Counted from the first letter of the stretch, positions 17,888 through 27,418 are shown. The stretch is 43,920 nt of DNA from an uncultured Eubacteriales bacterium (GCA_949289095.1 CASEMM010000113.1:1-43920), one strand, 5' to 3'. Notes: a model not told the origin generated them from the sequence alone. Translations and numbers: made by a program.

Positions 17888-18340
17888 ATGGAGAAAAAGA
17901 CGTATATACTCTGCCCCAGATGCGAACTCAACTACATGGATTCGAGGGAGAAGTATTGCGATGTATGCAAAGCCGAGCTGGGTATCGGCGAAGCGAGTTT
18001 CCTTCTTCCGGATGAGGAGGATGAATCGGAAGGCAAGCTCTGTCCCATATGCCACACCAATTACTGCGAAGAGGGCGAGGACATGTGCATAGAGTGCAAG
18101 AAGGAACGAGCTGCCAAGGAGAAAGACGAAGAGTCGGACGGCTGGAACGACGACGAAGAAGTTGCGGCGGATCTGGACGACGATCTCGACGATATGTCGT
18201 TGGGCGATCTGGACGACGAAGAGGAAGAAACCGACGACGCGTCATCCGAAGAGGACGATTTCGAATATATCAACCCGGATGACTTTGCCGAAGACGGCGA
18301 TGACGACGATGACGAAGAGGATGACAATTTCACTGCCTGA
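17888..18340 (+). CDS. Double zinc-ribbon protein with a poly-acidic C-terminal tail (hypothetical)
   Basis: CxxC pairs at C9/C12, C24/C27 and C52/C55, C67/C70. The last ~70 residues are dominated by D/E. SD AGGAGA. Confidence 0.65.
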   Translation: MEKKTYILCPRCELNYMDSREKYCDVCKAELGIGEASFLLPDEEDESEGKLCPICHTNYCEEGEDMCIECKKERAAKEKDEESDGWNDDEEVAADLDDDLDDMSLGDLDDEEEETDDASSEEDDFEYINPDDFAEDGDDDDDEEDDNFTA

Positions 18341-18363
18341 AAGAAAGGCATAAACGCTGACGG

Positions 18364-18392
18364 ACGCGCCCCGCATGAGCGGGGCGTTTTTT
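18364..18392 (+). terminator. Rho-independent terminator
   Basis: CGCCCCGC-atga-GCGGGGCG followed by TTTTTT (18387-18392). Confidence 0.85.
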
Positions 18393-18450
18393 GCGCTCAT
18401 AAAACCGTCGCGCCCGGCATACGTTATAGGGAATCGTAAAGGAGGAACGT

Positions 18451-19938
18451 ATGAACGAAAATCTTTCCCGGGTGAGTGCGGGGTATATAAGAAAAGCCGC
18501 GGAAGTGCAGACCATTGCGCACATAAACGTGCGGTGCGACGGCGCTGCGGGCGTGCTGGGAGTGAGCGCGAACGCCGCAGTGCGCGTCAGCGAGACTATA
18601 AGCGGGGAAGTCCGTCTTGCCGGCAGAGAGTCCGTTGAAGTGACCGTGACGACTGAGGACGGGCTTAAAAAGGCGAGCGGATTTGCGGAAATTTCCGACA
18701 GGGCGGAGATAGAGGGAGTAACGCCGCAGACGCGCGCTTTTGCGGTATGCCGTGTGACCGATACGGATATAGTGTCGGTTGGCGGCGGCATCATAACGCT
18801 TGCTTCCGTCGTTGAGACGACGGTATATGTCGAGGAACGCGTATTCCTTCCCGATCCGCCGGAATCTTCCGAAGGCATATATACCGACAGCCGCGAAACG
18901 GAATTTTCACGGCTGACTTCCCGTACGACGGTGCGTATCGAGAGCGGCGACAGCGAAAAGCTGCCCATAACGGAAGTGGTTTGCTGCAATGCGGGATTTG
19001 CCGCGGACGCTCCGGAAGCGGCGCTCGACGCGGTCTATGTGTCCGGAAGATTCATCATAGAGGGCGTCGGTAAGACGGCTGACGGCGGCATTGCACCGTT
19101 TTCGGCGGAACTGTCCGCGTCTGCGGAAGCGGCGTCTGACGGCGCGCGCAGAGGCGACGTCGCGTTTGTCATGTGCGGCGGCGTATCCGTTGCCGAGAGC
19201 AGGAGCGAGAACGGAGTGACGCTGTCCGCGAGCGCCGAATTGTATACGGAAACTTACGGCAAGGTGACTGCCGCCGTGGTAACGGACGCGTTTTCTCCGT
19301 CGTGCAGACTTTCGCTGACGCGTTCGCATATATGCGGAATGATAACGGACGGCGCGTTTACTCTCACCGATAAGGCGGAGGGTATCGTCGCTCTTCCAGA
19401 GGGGGATGCGGCGGACAAAGTTACGGCGGTGTGCGGATTTACGGTCACGGCGCTTTCCGCATATGCGGAGAACGGAAAAACCGTGCTCGAAGGCGCGGCA
19501 GGAGGATATGTCGTATATTCCGATGCGGAAGCGGGCAGACGCGGTTCCGCAGTTGCGGAACTGCCGTTCCGGATCGTCACGGATATTCCCGCCGCGGACG
19601 GCGACGAGCCTCGTGCGTCCGGCACGGTACTGTCTGTGATCGCGCGTCCGGCGAGAAGAGGAGAAATTGCCGTGACGTGCACGCTGCGCTTTTCCGTGCT
19701 TTCGTGCCGCAGCGTTAGTGCGGATCCCGTCACGTCTGTGGCAGAAGGCGAACCGCTTGCGGATAAAACGGGCGTACTGTCCATGCACGCCGCGTCTGAA
19801 GGCGAAACGCTGTGGGAGTGCGCAAAAGCGCTGTCCGTCCCGCCGGACACGGTGCTTGCGCAGAATCCGGATACGGTATTTCCGATGTCGCGCGGGGATA
19901 AGGTATTCGTATTCCGGTCGGCGCGCGCCCGCGAATAA
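18451..19938 (+). CDS. DUF3794-like protein with C-terminal LysM-like domain (spore-associated, hypothetical)
   Basis: Repetitive beta-rich body. C-terminal ...SEGETLWECAKALSVPPDTVLAQNPDTVFPMSRGDKVFVF resembles LysM. SD AAAGGAGGA. Confidence 0.55.
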   Translation: MNENLSRVSAGYIRKAAEVQTIAHINVRCDGAAGVLGVSANAAVRVSETISGEVRLAGRESVEVTVTTEDGLKKASGFAEISDRAEIEGVTPQTRAFAVCRVTDTDIVSVGGGIITLASVVETTVYVEERVFLPDPPESSEGIYTDSRETEFSRLTSRTTVRIESGDSEKLPITEVVCCNAGFAADAPEAALDAVYVSGRFIIEGVGKTADGGIAPFSAELSASAEAASDGARRGDVAFVMCGGVSVAESRSENGVTLSASAELYTETYGKVTAAVVTDAFSPSCRLSLTRSHICGMITDGAFTLTDKAEGIVALPEGDAADKVTAVCGFTVTALSAYAENGKTVLEGAAGGYVVYSDAEAGRRGSAVAELPFRIVTDIPAADGDEPRASGTVLSVIARPARRGEIAVTCTLRFSVLSCRSVSADPVTSVAEGEPLADKTGVLSMHAASEGETLWECAKALSVPPDTVLAQNPDTVFPMSRGDKVFVFRSARARE

Positions 19939-19953
19939 TAAATTGCGGTATAG

Positions 19954-19983
19954 CGGCGGACGCTTGTCAAAAAGCGTCCGCCG
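19954..19983 (+). terminator. GC-rich hairpin (terminator of the upstream gene) overlapping the ispE promoter
   Basis: CGGCGGACGCTT-gtcaaa-AAGCGTCCGCCG. 12-bp stem, 19954-19965/19972-19983. Confidence 0.55.
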
Positions 19984-19992
19984 TGTTATAAT
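19964..19992 (+). promoter_or_regulatory. Sigma-A promoter TTGTCA-17-TGtTATAAT ending 6 nt before ATG 19999 (leaderless ispE)
   Basis: TTGTCA at 19964-19969, extended -10 TGT+TATAAT at 19984-19992, acggtt, ATG. No SD. Confidence 0.7.
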
Positions 19993-19998
19993 ACGGTT

Positions 19999-20817
19999 AT
20001 GAAGGTCAGGGCATACGGAAAACTGAATCTGTCGCTGACGATAACCGGACGGCGCGGCGGACTGCACACGCTGGACGGCGTTATGCATTCCGTCGGTATA
20101 TGCGACGAACTGACGGTGACCGAAAACGACGTCATCGGAGTTACCGTGAACGGGGCAGACATTCCCGAAGAAAAAAATACCGCTTTTGCAGCTGCCGCGC
20201 TCGTACGCGAACGATTCGGGCTTGTTCTCCGGGCGGAGATAGTGAAACGCATTCCGGTCGGAGGAGGAATGGGCGGTTCGTCGGCTGACGCCGCAGGAGT
20301 GCTTGCGGCAGCCGCGCGCATGCTCGGCGATCGCGCGCTGCCCGGGCTGTTGACGATAGCCGCAGAGATAGGCAGCGACGTGCCGTTCATGCTTCGCGGA
20401 GGATGCGCGAGAGTACGCGGTACGGGAAACGAACTGACCGCGTTGCCGTTCGTTCCGTTTACCGCGCTCGTTGCGGACTGCGGCGCGGTAAGCACGCCGC
20501 AGTGTTACGGACTTTACGACACGCTTCCGGAAGAAAACGCGCCCGATCCGGAAGATGCGGTTGCCGACGTAATGCAAGGCAGATTTCCGCGCACGCCTTA
20601 TAACGCGCTCGGCCGTCCGGCAGCCGTTCTTAATCCGCTTGTCGGAGAATGCGTGCGTGCGGCGGATGAAGCGGGGTATACGGCAGTCGTGACCGGCAGC
20701 GGCGGTTGCGTGTATGTGCCCGATGCTTCCGTCGGCGCGGAGCGCGTGTTTGAAAAACTGGGCGTTCCGTATTTCCGCGTCGATTCCGTGCGGGCGGGAA
20801 CGGATGTTACAGTTTAG
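19999..20817 (+). CDS. ispE: 4-diphosphocytidyl-2-C-methyl-D-erythritol kinase
   Basis: MKVRAYGKLNLSLTITGRR... and GHMP kinase motif IPVGGGMGGSSADAAGVL. Ends in TAG. Confidence 0.9.
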   Translation: MKVRAYGKLNLSLTITGRRGGLHTLDGVMHSVGICDELTVTENDVIGVTVNGADIPEEKNTAFAAAALVRERFGLVLRAEIVKRIPVGGGMGGSSADAAGVLAAAARMLGDRALPGLLTIAAEIGSDVPFMLRGGCARVRGTGNELTALPFVPFTALVADCGAVSTPQCYGLYDTLPEENAPDPEDAVADVMQGRFPRTPYNALGRPAAVLNPLVGECVRAADEAGYTAVVTGSGGCVYVPDASVGAERVFEKLGVPYFRVDSVRAGTDVTV

Positions 20818-21322
20818 CTATGAGTTCGGCGATTATGCTTGCGTATTCTATGCTGCCGTCCTCGCCGTAAAAGCAGAGAGGAGGGTAGGCGACGCACCAC
20901 CAGTTTGCTCCGTTCCCTCCGCCGAGTTCTATTATGAGCGCGTCGTATTCGCCTGCAGGATAGAATACGTCGCCGTAAGTGCGGTCGGGGAATTCTTCAC
21001 GCCCTACGCGGGCTTCCGCTCCGTATCCGAATCCGCAAGCTTCGAGTATGCCGTCCGCTATCGCGGCGGTTTTTTCGGCATTGGCTTTTACGAGCCGATA
21101 CGCTTCGTTGCGGCTGCGCGCGCCCGAAAGCAGCGGAGTGAGATATTCGGTAACGGCGTCGCGCACGACGTATTTCACCGCTTGGTCGACGTCCGAATCC
21201 GATGCGGCGCGTATATGTATGCGAATGGGGTCGTCCGCATCGGCGCATGCCGAAAGCGGCAGCGAAGCGAGCGCGGCGGCGCATACAATCATTATCATAA
21301 CGGGAACTAATATTTTTTTCAT
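20807..21322 (-). CDS. spoIIR: Stage II sporulation protein R
   Basis: Signal anchor, then IRIHIRAASDSDVDQAVKYVVRDAV and NWWCVAYPPLCF, both SpoIIR hallmarks. The 3' end overlaps ispE by 11 bp. Confidence 0.85.
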   Translation of the reverse strand: MKKILVPVMIMIVCAAALASLPLSACADADDPIRIHIRAASDSDVDQAVKYVVRDAVTEYLTPLLSGARSRNEAYRLVKANAEKTAAIADGILEACGFGYGAEARVGREEFPDRTYGDVFYPAGEYDALIIELGGGNGANWWCVAYPPLCFYGEDGSIEYASIIAELIAKL

Positions 21323-21410
21323 ACCCGCTATTTTTTCCGGAAGCAAATAAAAAACTCACGTGCAGCGCATACTGAAAATGTTGATTTTTACGGAAAAAGG
21401 GGGTAAACGC

Positions 21411-22097
21411 ATGAAAAAGACGGGAATTGCTCTGCTTGCGCTCATGCTCGCACTCGGCGCGGGCGGCGCTGCGGGCGGAATGATCGCGGCGCGCGAAATG
21501 CCGTCCGTGACGGCATACGCCGCCAATATCGTCAAGGGCGACACTTACGACAACATAGTCAAAGTACAGCGGCGTCTAAAAGAACTGGGCTATTACAGGA
21601 TAGCCGTGGACGGAATATGGGGACCTAAGACGCTGGCTGCAGTCAAGGCGTTTCAGCGCGATTACGGGCTGACGGTGGACGGCATAGTCGGAACATGGAC
21701 GGAGCGCTCGCTCGGCATCACGCTGTCGGGAGGCGGCGCGTCGTCGTCTGACAGGGAACTTCTCGCGCGGTGCGTATACGCCGAAGCCCGAGGCGAACCG
21801 TATACGGGGCAGGTCGCCGTGGCGGCGGTCGTTCTCAACCGCGTGGATTCCGCGTCATTTCCGAACTCCGTTTCAGGGGTGATATACCAGCCGGGCGCAT
21901 TTACCTGCGTGTCCGACGGGCAGATAAACTATACGCCGGACAGCTCGGCGTACAGCGCCGCCGACGACGCTCTCGGCGGCTGGGATCCGACAAACGGCTG
22001 TCTGTATTACTATAATCCCGCGACTGCGACGAGCAAGTGGATATGGTCGCTCAAAGTGGAAATAACGATAGGCAGACATTCGTTTGCAAGGGGGTGA
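21411..22097 (+). CDS. sleB: Spore cortex-lytic enzyme SleB
   Basis: PG_binding_1 repeat (VQRRLKELGYYRIAVDGIWGPKTLAAVKAFQRDYGLTVDGIVG) plus Hydrolase_2 domain (ARCVYAEARGEPYTGQVAVAAVVLNRV). SD AAAGGGGG. Confidence 0.88.
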   Translation: MKKTGIALLALMLALGAGGAAGGMIAAREMPSVTAYAANIVKGDTYDNIVKVQRRLKELGYYRIAVDGIWGPKTLAAVKAFQRDYGLTVDGIVGTWTERSLGITLSGGGASSSDRELLARCVYAEARGEPYTGQVAVAAVVLNRVDSASFPNSVSGVIYQPGAFTCVSDGQINYTPDSSAYSAADDALGGWDPTNGCLYYYNPATATSKWIWSLKVEITIGRHSFARG

Positions 22098-22102
22098 TCG
22101 GC

Positions 22103-23413
22103 ATGAAAACATCGGCAAAAATATTTACGGCTCTGTCCGTCGTCATCGTACTCGGACTGATCGCCGCGGTTGTTGCGCTTGCTGTCGGCATGTACGGACT
22201 GAAAAACAGGGCTGACGAAAATGCGCGCCGTATCGATTATATGTATGAGACGGCGTTGTGCGAGAGTTTGGACGCGGTGACGGAAGCAGAAAACGATCTC
22301 GCAAAAATGCTCGTTTCTGCGGGCGGCGATACGGTTTCGCTCGCTTCGGATATACGGATGAGCGCCGGCAGCGCGGCGGCGCGGGTCGCTAATCTTCCGG
22401 TGGACGTATATTCGTATTCGGGACTGGAAAAGTTCCTCAATCAGGTGGCGGACTTTATGAGCGGTTATATCCGCGCGGCGGAATCCGGCGGCGACTGCGG
22501 CAAATATGACGAACAGCTGGAATCGCTTTACGACACCACCGTTTCGGTGCGGCGCAAGCTGGAAGAGGCTGCGGGCAAACTCGGCGGCGAGTATTCCATA
22601 TCCGGAGAGATATCCGAAACGGGCAGCTTCGATATAGGCGAGGGCGAGTTCAATATCGAATATCCCGGAATTATCTACGACGGACCGTTTTCCGACAGCC
22701 GCGACACGTCGTGGAAGGCTCTCGACGGCAAAGCGGAGATAAGCGAGGAAGAAGCGCTCGGCGTGCTTTCGCGCGGAGCGGATATGAGCGGGCGGATAAC
22801 GGGCAGAAGTTCCGGCGACGCCGAACTGTACTGCGCCGAGGGACGGACGGCGGACGGTACGCAGGCGTATGCGACGGTGACTGTGCGCGGCGGATTGATA
22901 GCCATGTACAGCGCGTATATGCCGTCCGGCAGCGGGGAGATCTCGCAGGAAAAGGCGCAGAAGCTTGCGCTCGGTTATGCGGAGAAGGCGGGATATTCGC
23001 AGACGCTCACTCCCGTGTGGTATAATTGTGCGGACGGCAGCGCGATAGTTACGCTCGTGCCCGAAATCGACGGCATCGTCTATTATCCCGATATGGTGAA
23101 GATAAAGCTGCGCGCATCCGACGGCGCGCTCACGGGCATAGAGGCGTGTTCGTACTGCGCGAATCACCGCGAACGCGATCTGCCATCCGTGCGCATGGAT
23201 AAAGATGCCGTGCGTTCGTGCGTTTCTCCGAAGCTGTCCGTCGAACACGTACGTCTCGCGCTCATTCCGGACGGCGACGGCGAAAGACTTTGTTACGAAG
23301 CGGCTTCCGAATACCGCGGACTCGATTACTTCGTATACGTCGACGCAGTCAGCGGAAAACAGGCCGATATTCTCCGTGTCATAGACGATCGTCAGGGCAA
23401 ACAGGTCATCTGA
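22103..23413 (+). CDS. ypeB: Germination protein YpeB
   Basis: N-terminal TM anchor, YpeB-type body and C-terminal PepSY-like repeats. Lies immediately downstream of sleB, as in Bacilli and Clostridia. SD AAGGGGGTGA. Confidence 0.85.
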   Translation: MKTSAKIFTALSVVIVLGLIAAVVALAVGMYGLKNRADENARRIDYMYETALCESLDAVTEAENDLAKMLVSAGGDTVSLASDIRMSAGSAAARVANLPVDVYSYSGLEKFLNQVADFMSGYIRAAESGGDCGKYDEQLESLYDTTVSVRRKLEEAAGKLGGEYSISGEISETGSFDIGEGEFNIEYPGIIYDGPFSDSRDTSWKALDGKAEISEEEALGVLSRGADMSGRITGRSSGDAELYCAEGRTADGTQAYATVTVRGGLIAMYSAYMPSGSGEISQEKAQKLALGYAEKAGYSQTLTPVWYNCADGSAIVTLVPEIDGIVYYPDMVKIKLRASDGALTGIEACSYCANHRERDLPSVRMDKDAVRSCVSPKLSVEHVRLALIPDGDGERLCYEAASEYRGLDYFVYVDAVSGKQADILRVIDDRQGKQVI

Positions 23414-23441
23414 CGGATACCGCGTGAGCGGAGAGCATGTG

Positions 23442-23482
23442 AAACGCCCGCGCTGCTTAAATCAGGCAGCGCGGGCGTTTTG
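23442..23482. terminator. Bidirectional terminator between convergent ypeB and the nitroreductase gene
   Basis: AAACGCCCGCGCTGC-ttaaatcag-GCAGCGCGGGCGTTTT. 15-bp stem. Confidence 0.8.
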
Positions 23483-23495
23483 CCGCAGATCAATA

Positions 23496-24047
23496 TCAGG
23501 AAAAATATGCGATCTCCTCGCTGCGCGGCTTCCGCGGCGCGGGTTCCGCCGCCGCATAACCGAGAGCGCAGCAGCCGTATACTCGGTTTCCTTCGGGAAC
23601 GCCGGCTTCGGATAGAAGGTCGCGCAGCTTTTCGCAGCTGTCGCCGCCGAGCTGATTTATCCAGCAGGAGGCGAGACCGACGGCGTGCGCGGCGAGAAAC
23701 ATGTTTTCGAGCGCGCAGGCGCAGTCGTCGCGGGAAGTGCCGTATGCTGGATCTGCGGAAACTATCACGAAAACGGGGGAGTGGTAGTTGCAGGAATATC
23801 CCTTATCGCCGTTGCGTTCGAGGTTCGACGACACCGACGCGTCGCCCGCGAGCGTGCGCACGCGTTCGTTCATGCGCGCGAGCCAGTCCGCATTCGTTAC
23901 TACCGTGAAACGGCGCGTAAAGCGGCTCATTCCGCTCGGCGCACAGCGCGCGGCTTGAAGGATCGCGTCCAGTTTTTCTCTTTCGGGCATATCCGGCTTA
24001 AACGCGCGGCATGTCCGCCTTGTCATGATGCATTCGATTGCGTCCAT
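23496..24047 (-). CDS. Nitroreductase-family protein
   Basis: MDAIECIMTRRTCRAFKPDMPEREKLDAILQAARCAPSGM is the typical nitroreductase N-terminus. SD GGGAGGAA. Confidence 0.85.
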   Translation of the reverse strand: MDAIECIMTRRTCRAFKPDMPEREKLDAILQAARCAPSGMSRFTRRFTVVTNADWLARMNERVRTLAGDASVSSNLERNGDKGYSCNYHSPVFVIVSADPAYGTSRDDCACALENMFLAAHAVGLASCWINQLGGDSCEKLRDLLSEAGVPEGNRVYGCCALGYAAAEPAPRKPRSEEIAYFS

Positions 24048-24068
24048 AATGATTCCTCCCTGCGGGTA

Positions 24069-24275
24069 TCAGTGTTTACAGCCGCTGCATGTCGCGCAGT
24101 TGTGCGTGCATTCGCCCGAGCAGCCCGAACTGCCTATTCTGCCGTAACACTTTCCCGAAAAACTCTGTCTGAGTCTGCCGCCGCACTTTTCGCAGGCGGG
24201 AGCGTCCTCCGCGGACTTTACCAGTTCTTCCTGCCGGTGTCCGCATACCGTGCATACGAATGACAGAAGCGCCAT
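24069..24275 (-). CDS. FmdB-family zinc-ribbon protein with Cys-rich tail
   Basis: CTVCGH...CEKCGG (CxxC_CxxC_SSSS pattern), then GSSGCSGECTHNCATCSGCKH. SD GGAGGA. Confidence 0.75.
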   Translation of the reverse strand: MALLSFVCTVCGHRQEELVKSAEDAPACEKCGGRLRQSFSGKCYGRIGSSGCSGECTHNCATCSGCKH

Positions 24276-24277
24276 TT

Positions 24278-25102
24278 TCAGTCTATATCCTCCGTTGTTT
24301 CTCTGCCCCCGCTAAGTATCGTCCATTTGCCGAAGCCGATTTTTTTCAGCGCGGCGGCAACCGTTTCGTAATTATATCCCGTGCGCTCCGAACGGTGCGA
24401 ATCGCTGCCGAAGTTGACTTTGCGCCCGCCGAGAGCGTAATACCTTTCGAAAATGCCGATATCCGGCAGGCATATCGTGCCCTCCGCCGCGCATCCGCCC
24501 ACGGACGAATTCGCTTCGAGGATTTTACCCTTTTTTATTATCGTGCGCAGAATGTCGTCGATCTCGTCGGGAAAGTCTGCGTATAGCAAGGTCTTGCGCT
24601 CGAACGGTGAAGGGCGGCCGATATAGCCGAGGTGTCCGACGGCGTCCCAGCGGTACGGCGCGTCCAGACTTTCGCGCACGCAGCGCAGATATTCGAGATA
24701 TGCGCCGCGTCTGTCGTAGCCGTTCCAGTATTCTTTCCAGTAGCAGTCGAGTCCGTGGCAGATATGCACGGAGTTGATGACGTATCCGAACGGGTGAGCG
24801 GCGAGCTTATCCGTTATCTCGGCGACGTCTTCGGGAGTGTATCCGACTTCGATTCCCGCGCACACCTCGATTCCGTTCATTTCCTCGTTTATGCGGCGGA
24901 CGCGTTCGAAATACTCGTCCGTCACGAGGTAATCGAACACCGGTTCGTCCGCGGGGCGGGAATCGTTGGGAAAGCCGAGATCCATGTGTTCGGTATATGC
25001 GATGTATGAAAATCCCTTTGCCGCGGCGGCGCGCACGCCCTCTTCGATCGGGCGCGTGCTGTCCGGCGAGAACAGCGAGTGGTTGTGACAGTCCGCTTTC
25101 AT
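24278..25102 (-). CDS. PHP-family histidinol-phosphatase (HisJ/HisK-like)
   Basis: MKADCHNHSLFSPDS metal motif, YIAYTEHMD, and SDSH near the C-terminus. Confidence 0.75.
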   Translation of the reverse strand: MKADCHNHSLFSPDSTRPIEEGVRAAAAKGFSYIAYTEHMDLGFPNDSRPADEPVFDYLVTDEYFERVRRINEEMNGIEVCAGIEVGYTPEDVAEITDKLAAHPFGYVINSVHICHGLDCYWKEYWNGYDRRGAYLEYLRCVRESLDAPYRWDAVGHLGYIGRPSPFERKTLLYADFPDEIDDILRTIIKKGKILEANSSVGGCAAEGTICLPDIGIFERYYALGGRKVNFGSDSHRSERTGYNYETVAAALKKIGFGKWTILSGGRETTEDID

Positions 25103-25983
25103 CTTCTTCTGAGATCCTTTTCAGTTAAAGCAACACTTAAGCATACACGCTCATTGAATAATCTGCTCGCAATGCGCTCTCCGTATCTGTCTGCGAGCGC
25201 AGTGGGGGAGAGATTGGTCGTTATCAGCGTATGACGGCGGGCGTTCATGCGTTCGCTGACGACGGTATAAAGGTATTCGAGCGTGACGTTGCGCAGAATG
25301 CTCTCCGTACCGAGGTCGTCTATTACGAGCAGATCCGCGCCGAGCAGCGCGTCCAGCGTTTCGGAGCGGGACGGCTCGAATGACGTGTGGTATCTGCGGC
25401 AGGCGTCGTTGAATCCGAACGCCGTCAGAAACACCACGGAAAAGCCGCGCGCTTCCAGTTCGTTGGATATCGCGGAGGCAAGGCAGGTCTTGCCAGTACC
25501 CACGCTGCCGATAAGAAGCAGGTTTATGTTTTTCGTGTGCGGGAACTTGTCGCAGAATACGCGCATTGCGGAATACGCCGCATCCATCGTTTCGCGGTCG
25601 CGTCCGGAGAATACGGATATATCGCAGTCGGCGAACGTGAACTGAGGAACGGACGAACCGTCCGCGTCCATACTCGCCCTGCGCCGCGTGCAGTCGCAGT
25701 ATCTGCCGCTCACATAGCCGGTGTCGCCGCAGAGAGGACATGCGGGCTGCGGATCGAAGTCGGCGGGTGAATAACCGTGAGCGGCGAGGAGCGCGTCGCG
25801 CCGCGCCGTGAGTGCGGCGATCTCATCGTCGCTTGCGCCGTCGAGAACGGCGGAGCGCAGTTGCTTTTCCGCATCTGCGAGCGTTTCGTCCGCGTCGAGC
25901 AGCGCGAGAAAGCGCGCCCGCGCGGCTGCGCGCCGTGCCGAATATTCGCTCTTTATGAGATTTGCCGCAGTTTTGCAATCCAT
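25099..25983 (-). CDS. DnaC/DnaI-like helicase-loader AAA+ ATPase
   Basis: Walker A LLLIGSVGTGKTCLASAI and Walker B DLLVIDDLGTE. N-terminal Cys cluster CPLCGDTGY...CDC. ATGA overlap with the downstream gene. Confidence 0.8.
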   Translation of the reverse strand: MDCKTAANLIKSEYSARRAAARARFLALLDADETLADAEKQLRSAVLDGASDDEIAALTARRDALLAAHGYSPADFDPQPACPLCGDTGYVSGRYCDCTRRRASMDADGSSVPQFTFADCDISVFSGRDRETMDAAYSAMRVFCDKFPHTKNINLLLIGSVGTGKTCLASAISNELEARGFSVVFLTAFGFNDACRRYHTSFEPSRSETLDALLGADLLVIDDLGTESILRNVTLEYLYTVVSERMNARRHTLITTNLSPTALADRYGERIASRLFNERVCLSVALTEKDLRRR

Positions 25984-25987
25984 TGCG

Positions 25988-27418
25988 TCAGATGTCCTCC
26001 GGGTTTATATGTTTGAGTTTGTAATTTAAGCTGTCTGCTTCATCATTGCTTAATTTTTGAGGCATGGCTGAATTTTGTGAATTTGTTTTAATATTAAGTT
26101 TTTTCGCTCCTTCGACGTCCGTCACGCCGCACTCGCGGTATTGCTTGACGAGCATGTGCATGCGCACTCGGGGATTCGCTTCTCCCATGCTGCGCTCCGC
26201 CGCGTATGCGAGCAGTTCGGGGGATATGTGCCAGTAGTTTGTCCAGATATTATAGCTGTCGCGGTCGCGGGAAGTGACGTCGCCGCTTATACCGGCTTTT
26301 TTGAGCAGAGCGGATATCGCCGCATCGAATTTGCCCTCTCCGGCAAAGCGCGCGCGTACCGCGTTCTCATCCGTCGCGCCCTCTGCCGCGCACTCCCGGA
26401 GAAGCGCGCTCATCTTTTCGCAGGACTTTTTTTCGTGACGGAAACAGTAGTCCGCGACAATAATAAGCGACTGCGCGTCGAATCCCGCTTTAAGCCATTC
26501 CTTGACGTACGTTTCGGCATAGTAATCGAGATGATTGTACCTCACATCGAGGCGCGCAAGCAGTTCTTTCGTCAGAGAAAGCAGGTTGTCGCGGCTCTTG
26601 CGATATTCCTCTATATCGCGCAGGTCTGTCAGTCCGTCCGCATGATAGCGGGTGAGAAGGGTATCCAGTCCTTTCATTTCGCCGTATACGCCCTTTGCGA
26701 CGTACATTACCGCGGCGGGAGAAAATCCCATTTCCTCCGTCCATTTGCGGTACATGCGCACATCTTCGAAGTCCTGCGCGCGGCGGATTTTGAGCGTTTT
26801 GAACAGTTTCGCCACGTCCGACGATATTATGTCGCTTGCTGCGAGTTTAGCTTCCACTTCGTCCGCCGTGCGGCAGCCTTCGTTTGCGAGGTTGCGAGCA
26901 ACGGTCACTATATATTTCCATCCGACGCTTTTTCCTTTCAGCCGCGCGCAATACGCGATTATTCCGAGCATGGCGTCCGTATCTATGTGACAGTCCTCGA
27001 TGACCGAGTAATATTCGTTGAGTTCGCTGGGCAGAAAGTCGCGGTTGGGGAACATCTTCATCAGCATTTCGTTGAACGCCGTGAATTTCTTTTTCGAATA
27101 CGTTTTGAGCGACGGACGCGTATAGCGCACCGGAGTGTACTCCACTTCGTACGGCGGCACGGCGGAAATGCGCACGAGTCCGTGATCCTGCCAGTAGGAG
27201 AAAGCCTCCATGACGTCGTCCTCCGTCATCCCCAGCAGTTTTGCCATGCGGTCGGGAGTGTTGTCCGCACCCGAATTGCCCTCTGCGAGCATCTTGCCGT
27301 ATATGTATACCTTTGTATAGCTTTCGGGTGCGAAGGGCATAAGTTCGAGTATGAACACGTTATCCAGCTCGATCCCCGTCTTTGCCGTCAGTTCGCTGCT
27401 CAGCCGCGTAAAAGCCAT
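25988..27418 (-). CDS. DnaD-domain replication initiation protein (Bacillus DnaB/DnaD-like)
   Basis: N-terminal DnaB_2-type winged helix (ELDNVFILELMPFAPESYTKVYIYGKML) and repeated DnaD-like segments. Paired with the helicase-loader gene. SD GGAGGA. Confidence 0.7.
   Translation of the reverse strand: MAFTRLSSELTAKTGIELDNVFILELMPFAPESYTKVYIYGKMLAEGNSGADNTPDRMAKLLGMTEDDVMEAFSYWQDHGLVRISAVPPYEVEYTPVRYTRPSLKTYSKKKFTAFNEMLMKMFPNRDFLPSELNEYYSVIEDCHIDTDAMLGIIAYCARLKGKSVGWKYIVTVARNLANEGCRTADEVEAKLAASDIISSDVAKLFKTLKIRRAQDFEDVRMYRKWTEEMGFSPAAVMYVAKGVYGEMKGLDTLLTRYHADGLTDLRDIEEYRKSRDNLLSLTKELLARLDVRYNHLDYYAETYVKEWLKAGFDAQSLIIVADYCFRHEKKSCEKMSALLRECAAEGATDENAVRARFAGEGKFDAAISALLKKAGISGDVTSRDRDSYNIWTNYWHISPELLAYAAERSMGEANPRVRMHMLVKQYRECGVTDVEGAKKLNIKTNSQNSAMPQKLSNDEADSLNYKLKHINPEDI

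Noticed and set aside
21323-21410. Forespore sigma-factor promoters: a GGAAAAAATA sigma-F-like -10 for spoIIR and a CATACTG sigma-G-like -10 for sleB.
   Set aside because: The -10 resemblances are partial, and I could not find matching -35 elements at the right spacing. They are biologically plausible but not supportable from sequence alone.
25099-27418. The DnaD-domain plus DnaC-like ATPase pair as a prophage or ICE replication module.
   Set aside because: There are no flanking phage, integrase or structural genes. The pair is embedded between cysS and housekeeping genes with a normal promoter and terminator. This matches the chromosomal dnaB/dnaI-type primosome pair of Firmicutes.
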